Shown here: positions 57,624 through 64,000 of the stretch, piece after piece
How positions within the stretch are numbered: the stretch's first letter is position 1
How the letters are laid out: each line of letters begins with the position of its first letter
NCBI RefSeq assembly: GCF_000143415.4
Contig: NW_003314284.1
Coordinates: forward strand, 1,098,693 to 1,162,692
DNA length: 64,000 nucleotides
Direction of reading: 5' to 3'
DNA from: Selaginella moellendorffii
Taxonomy: Eukaryota; Plantae; Lycopodiophyta
Translations under genes and position numbers: made by a program
The notes under the pieces: model-generated
What the model was told of the DNA's origin: nothing
Seen by the model: the letters and a program-made list of their open reading frames with translations, nothing else
Databases searched by the model: none

Positions 57624-58753
57624 TTATGCTGCCGAGACTATGGCAGAATGGACAGGCATTGCGTGGTTCTTTGGCTCTTCATCTTCGTCAACGTCCCACA
57701 TAAACGCCGCATAAGCACCCAGCACGGAGCTGCGGAAGAACAAACAAGAGAAAAAGAAGAACAGCGTAAGAAAAGAGAAACAAAAACAGAGCTCGAGCTT
57801 GTTACCAGTCGTCTGGCGAGGCCTGGGCAGCTTGCTCGAAGTAACTCGCAGCTCGCTCCTCGTCCCTCCGAAACTCCCAGATGAGTCTAGCATACTGGGC
57901 GCGGAGCTCTGCATCGTCGGGGCTCGCAAGGATGGCTCGCTCGTACAGCTCCTCGGCTCTTGGAAGATCTCGCTTCTGGAAATAACGAGAAGCTTAGAAG
58001 CTAATCACGCGGAGAGAGAAGAAAAAATCTTGGGACCATACGTACCTCGTACAAATATCTAGCATAGTTCCTGAGCAAGAGAGAATTGCCCGGATCTTCC
58101 GCGAGTAGCCGCCGGTAGTGAGCGTCCATGCTGTATGGGCGATCGCGGTTGCCACCACCGCCACCACCGCCGGTGATGGTTCCAAGCCCACCACCACCAC
58201 CAATTCCAAATCCTCCCGCGATGGACATTGCATGGAGCTCGTTGAAATCCTGGAGAGAATTCACTGGAAGCTCCAGTGAGCTCCAATGGTTGATGGTGCT
58301 GCTAGACAATGACGATCCTCCATTCCCTCCAAAGCACCCAGAGATGCTACATCGTTCTTCTTCACAGTCGCTCCCAAGGAGCACCGATTCTTCTGGCACT
58401 GGCGCTTTCAACTCGTCCAAGAAGGAATCCAGCGCGGAACCGGCCCCAGCGGGGAGCGAGGAGTGGCGCTTGAGCGGCGGCATTGATCTTCGAGAGCCAT
58501 TGCGGAGGCGGCCATGGCCGCCGCTATCGCCAGTATTCGCCGAAATGCATGGCGGCCCCAGGGATCTCACTGCCGAGAGATCGCTCTCCGACTGGATCCT
58601 CCTGACCGAGAGCGCGCGATCGAGCTCCCGGCTAGAGCAGCAAGAGCTCGCCGCCGGTGACGCGAATCCAGCGATCCTAGCCCTCTCACCTTCCACTGCT
58701 TCCGCGAGATCGCAGGATCCAAGCGCCGGCGTGGAGGAGGTCCTGAGCAGCAT
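57624..58753 (-). CDS. TPR-like repeat protein (MLLRTSSTP family, 3 exons)
   Basis: N-terminal MLLRTSSTP, a Gly-rich linker, YRRLLAEDPGNSLLLRNYARYLYE and VLGAYAAFMWD. Confidence 0.85.
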
Positions 58754-59205
58754 TGTCGATTGCCCCAGCTTCGTCGTCTCGCCTCGCCGCGGCTATGGCG
58801 GTGAGAGGAGGGCAAAGGCAAAATATTCCCTCACCATCGCGCGTGACACGTGTACCATCAAGAGTATGACACGCGGCGGATTGGCCAGCTCATTACAGTC
58901 ACGTGAAAAAGACGATTCACTATCAATTTAATCACTATCAATAAACCGTTGACTGAAAAGACGACTATGTTCTGTTGACTAAAACCTTGACTAAACCCTT
59001 GATTCTGAGAGAATTTACAGGTCTTATATGTACTCACTGAAAACTTCTCCCACCGCCGCGCAAGATTTGTAAGAACTTGACCTTCGTTCCAGCGTGCTCA
59101 CCAAAAAGAATGCGTGTGTGCTCGATCGGGAGGGACGACAACGCCCGCCTTTGACACCTCTCGCTCCATCTGTGAGAGACCCCCATCTCCTCTCTTTTCG
59201 TGCCT

Positions 59206-62200
59206 CTAGGAGAGATCAAACGATCCTTGTCCTTCGGAGATGGCATACATCAACCTTTCTCGCATCACCTCCTGCAAAAAAGAGTGGTTTTTTTCAGAGC
59301 TTTTCTTCATGAGAAAGTGTTCTTCGCGAGGAAAACATACCCTGGAGGAATAGGGCGGCAGCTTGAGATAGTTGGCACATGTCATCACACTTGGGAGGTC
59401 CCCGTCCGCAAGAGTTGTCCCCATGGCAGACGCGGCACCTGGCGGAGTTGATCCCAACACCACGGAGGATCCATTGCCACCTGTTGGATGCTGGAAAAAG
59501 AAAAAGAAGTGTTAATGGATGAACGAAATGGTGTCAATCTCTTGCTCACCTTACGCACGATCGTAAGCTTGGGATTCAAGGCAGCTAGACCCCCGGGTGG
59601 GAGACGTGGAGCTCCTGTGGCAAATCTCAAGAAGTCCCGCTGCTCTTCAGCAGTGAACTCGCCCATTATCTCCAATAGCTGAAAAGAACATGAGTTAAAA
59701 TTCACCGAGACGTATATAGAATCCTCTTACATGACGAACAGGTGGACTGGCTGAAGTATAGCCGTGATCAAACTTGATATGATCCACCAGAGTTTCCGGC
59801 TGTTAACAAGGACAGGCCCATCAATACTATGACCGAGAAAAAGAAAGAAAAAAAACGCACCGTCCACAGTTCTCGCCGTCCACATAGTAAATTATCGAGT
59901 TCCTGCTCAGTGAAGATCTGCAATGAGCTTAACTGAAACACCTGCAGATGAACAGAACATTAATAAGGAAGCCTGGCGAACTTCTATGCTTACCTGACTA
60001 AATCCTGATCGTAATGCTTCCATCTGTGCGGAAATACCCATCTTCACCGTTGCATCCACAACTAATGCTACATATTCCTCGAGGTTGTCCAGAGTCACCT
60101 GATCACACAGATTAGTTCGTTCGCGTATAAAGTATCTGTCACCATACCATGATCTCGTTTCCACCTTCTTTCAGGTGGAACTCTGGATATCCCGGAAGCG
60201 TGAAGTCGAGGCAAAGGTCTTCAATCCTCGAACCACGGAATCTCAGTCCATCCGACATCTGATGGCAAACGCCCTCCAGATATTGCTTACGGCGGACCAG
60301 ACCTTGCAATTCGTCCAATGTTGACCCGAGTTCTGGGTCAATGGCCTTAACATCGTAAAGGTCCAGTTCCTGTCAAACCGAAAACAATGTTAAGTAGCAG
60401 AAACTAAAGAGTAGCGAGTAAGTACCTGTCCAAGAACAAGCTTGTAAAAGGGGATGGAGAAGGGAAGATCCAACAGACGTCCATCCTGTAAAGCTTTGGC
60501 CATGACTCTCCCAAGCAGTCGGAAGTGTTCCACTGTTTTCGTGTATCTGGCGTCAGTCGACGCGGGGTGCCACGGCCGTGGAAACAAGCCATGCGGAGCG
60601 GTCACGTAATCAATGTTCTGCTCCACTGGCTGAACACTCGCCTGATTCTCTGACGGTTCGTCCAACACATCCTCGTTGATGTCAGGCATCTCAGTGTCTG
60701 CTTGCTGAGGCGAGCCCGGACGAGATTCCGTACGCCACAGATCCAAAGAGTTCTTCTGAAGTTCACGACTAACCAGCGTGTAAAACTCCAGCGTAGGCCC
60801 CAGACCTGTGCCAACCTCCCCGAAGTACTCCACTTCCAAAACAGCCTTGTGACCGGAGTAAAGCTCCATAACCTTCGCAGCCGAGTCGAGAATCCGCGTC
60901 CTGGAAACGCGAACTTTCTGACGTTGTAGCCTGCCAACTCGAAGCTCACGTTCGTTTGCAGAAGATGTCCCGTCTGCACTCTGCTGCTGCTGCAACCGCT
61001 GGAGAGCACGAGAAAGGCCAAACGCAGTCGAATGGAAGTACTGCCTCCTCGTCTCGAACGGGAAGAGAAACGGACACGCTTTAGTCAGCTGGTGGCACCA
61101 CGCCGGCAAGCCGCCGCTGCAGAGGGCCAGGGCGTCTTGCATCTGACGCGCCAGCTTGGGAGTTAGTTTGCTGCTAAGGAACTCTTCCTGTAGAACAGAC
61201 GCCCCTCCCGTTGATGCCTCACTGAGGCTGAGACTTGATACTTTGCCTTCGGCAAAGGCGTCTATCACCCCTTGAGCACGTAAGCGAGGAGCCAGTCTGT
61301 TCAAACCTTCCAACACCCGGAGCAGCAGTAGGATGTTATACGTCGAGCTCGACTTATCTAAGTCACAAGGCAGTTCTCCTTGCAATATAGCGTCCAAAAG
61401 TGATGCTTGTTGCAACCCGTCTAACCCCTGACTACTGGAACCGGCCACCCCAGACTTAGTGCTACTAACCCCTCCTGGAGAAGTCTTTTCAGTCGGATCA
61501 GCTCTCTGATAAGTTATCGTGTAAACCTCGTCCCACAACCTGCGGCCGTGGCCTAACGGATGATCTGGTGCTGCATATCGTTCGTCGTCATCTTCGTCCA
61601 TGGCTGTTTGTCTTTGGATTGCCTGGAAAATAGTCAAGGACCTGTTGAGCAGTTTACCACCCAGATAGAAAGACAGCTTTGGAGGCACGTTAGCGGAAGC
61701 GATAGCTGCGAGAGACTTGCGATCTTTGCTGTTTTTTGAAGCATTTGCGCCAGCCATTGCAGCCGCAGCAAACGAAAGAGCACCCTTTCCAACAGCAGCG
61801 GTCGCTCTTGATCCACTTGCCCCTGTTCCTATTAAGACCGGCGTACTTGAACCTGCAGCACCTGTGCCGAAAGGAGATGGAGTCTCGCTCGTGGTGGCAC
61901 TAGTCGCAACAGCCCCTGCATCCGCAGAATCTCCCAGTTGCACATCATGCACACGATCACCGACGCAAACTTCAGCTGGCTCTTCACCGAAAAGCTGCAC
62001 ACAAAAAAATCATATAAGCAAGATTTGAAAAATATATCTAGCAAGCTGTAGAAACTTACTTCCTCTTCGTCCTCAGAGACATCATCCTCGTCCATTGCTA
62101 CGGCGTCCTCAACTTCAACAGGAGACGCGTCTGCATCGTCATCCTGGAACATAAAATCGTGTCAACAGGGGAAAACACGAAAAAAGAGACTTACCTCGCT

Positions 62201-64000
62201 GTCAATGGGTGCCCGTTGTTTTGTAACAGCTGCCGAAGCTGCCGCAGCAGCAGCTCTCCTTCTAGCAGCCGCATTACGAGTTTCAGGACCCCGACTTTCA
62301 GTAGTTGCTCGAGCTTCAAAAGTTTTAGCCTTTCCCTTGCCTTTAGACGGCGTTGCATCGCCACTGCCAGCAGCAGCTGTACGTGATCTTGTAGAAGGCC
62401 TTGATGGAGTCGATGTTGAGGCCGTCGGAGTAGTCGACGCAGGTGGAGAAGAAACACAGTCGGAAGATGCTGCAACCGTCGACGAGGGAGAACTGTCGTG
62501 TCTTTTAACTCGAGACCATAAGAAGTCTTCAATGGCAGCCAAAGTAGCCAAAGGTTCAATAAGGACCACGTTCGTGGAGTAGTCACGAAGAACCTTCTCA
62601 CCGGATGCTCTGCAAAGTCGCAGTTTGAACGGTTGAGTTAACGCACTGAGGCCGGCAGCAATACTTGCAGTACTTCCAGTTGCACGAGGACCATGGCTCA
62701 AAATAACAGGAAATCTTTCCAAGGAGCCAAGCGCGTTTTGTAGTTTCCGCACCAAAACCGTCAAAGGCGCTTCTCTAATGTCGGATGAAAGGGCCACAGC
62801 AAGGAAGTTTTTTAGCCTGTTCAGAGCCTGCTGCCTCGATCTGCCATCCACGGAACCGCAAGACAGATAGTTCAGCAGCGCACTCACAATGCCACTGTTG
62901 ACAAACTCAAATGTAGAAACGCCTTCCCCGTTTTCGAGTTCCCCGAACACTCCAGATATAGCAGCCAGTAACTGTTCCTCAGATAAAGAGGTCGTTGAAC
63001 CACAAGCTTTGGCTTTCCCTTTCCCTTTCCCCTTCACTTCCGGAGTAGAGTCTGCAGTCAGCTTGGAGCAAAGAGATTTAAGCCTGCATAGACTTTCCGT
63101 TGCCCCGCCATCTGTAATTCCGTTGCAAAAGTGAGCCCCCCTCAAAAACTTGGCTTTTGCGACCGCAGTTGAAAGGAGTCCAAGACGTGCTGTATGCAGA
63201 GGAGAATCGGCATTTGGTGGCGAGCCAACTGGAGCACTGCTGGAACCACCTGGATCATCTGGATGAACGTCACTCGTGCTCCCAGAGCGACGTCGACCAG
63301 ACGTAGCACGACGGGTCTTCTGAGAATCCGAAGTCTTTCCCAGTTGTTGCTCGCATGCAATCAAGGTATCAATGGCATGCACGACACCCTCCTTCACGAA
63401 GGTCTTCGCAAAAACTCCTGGTAGCTTTTGCATCAGCAACTCGGTGATGTGAAGAGCAGTGAGTAATACGGAAGGATCCTTCGAAGCTAGAACCCCGGCT
63501 AGAAAGCTGATAAAGAAATAGTTAGTACACAATACCGGATTGTCTAGAGCACGCACCTAGATATGTTTGTGTCTTTGGAGAGAGAATGTAGCATTTCTGG
63601 TGTACTGAAATAAAGAAGCTTATGAATGGCAGCTAAACACTTGTGTCGCACCGAAGAAGTTACACTAGACCCATAAACCTGCAATTTTTTATGTTACAAA
63701 ACGGAAAACCGAAAAGAAAGAAATTTCATGACACAACTAACCTGAACCAGCACTGGAAAAAGATCAGCTCCAAATCCCAGCAACAGTTCCGGACGATCTT
63801 GCAGGAGCTGTATCCGAGGCGATGCTTGGGTCACCTTAGAGGACGACGTGCTGTCCACTCCATTTGGCAATGGCGCGGCACCGACATCAGGAACAGGTGG
63901 TAAAAGCTCGTTTACAAGGTTCACAATCTCGAAGAGCTGAAAGACAGAGTTAGCGCGTAGCTTCTGGTTGTAGACAATTTACCTGTTCAGGAAGCCTGCT
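59206..64000 (-). CDS. UPL3: HECT E3 ubiquitin ligase UPL3/KAKTUS (5' part lies beyond the window)
   Basis: [65 protein letters not shown] and the catalytic [18 protein letters not shown], ending GQGSFDLS*. Confidence 0.97.

Overview
Compact, gene-dense land-plant nuclear DNA: about 25 protein genes in 64 kb, short ~50-70 nt introns and GC-rich exons. Three things point to a seedless vascular plant, most likely the lycophyte Selaginella (inference, no database search): PLS/SS-type PPR genes, a plastid peptidoglycan gene (MurA) and a flagellar axoneme gene (DRC11/IQCA1). In order, the window holds: PLS-E PPR, CASC3/Barentsz, Yippee, a decayed ORF, an AT-rich transposon island (7.8-16.5 kb), trihelix TF, PLS-E PPR, OEP24, an orphan coiled-coil gene, tRNA-Met(CAT) with intron, MurA, a 3xC2H2 + PARP-like ADP-ribosyltransferase, an intronless GDSL lipase, a MIR166 locus, a Cys-motif protein, a GT2-like glycosyltransferase, GET1 (not recovered as a gene by the ORF track), two GH18 class V chitinases, DRC11, ERO1, an O-fucosyltransferase, CTU1, a SAM carrier, a PEPCK-like protein, a P-class PPR, a TPR protein and the 3' part of UPL3. 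The best leads are: (i) the zinc-finger ART, which retains all four PARP1-equivalent NAD-site residues (H-Y-Y-E); (ii) two adjacent fold-back structures built from one Ty3/gypsy family, one of them ~4.4 kb and LTR-capped; (iii) MIR166 with a candidate upstream micropeptide ORF and a TCP/SPL motif cluster; (iv) a PPR with a repeated ~15-aa insertion in its L motifs. Family assignments rest on recognised motifs, and multi-exon boundaries are hand-derived.
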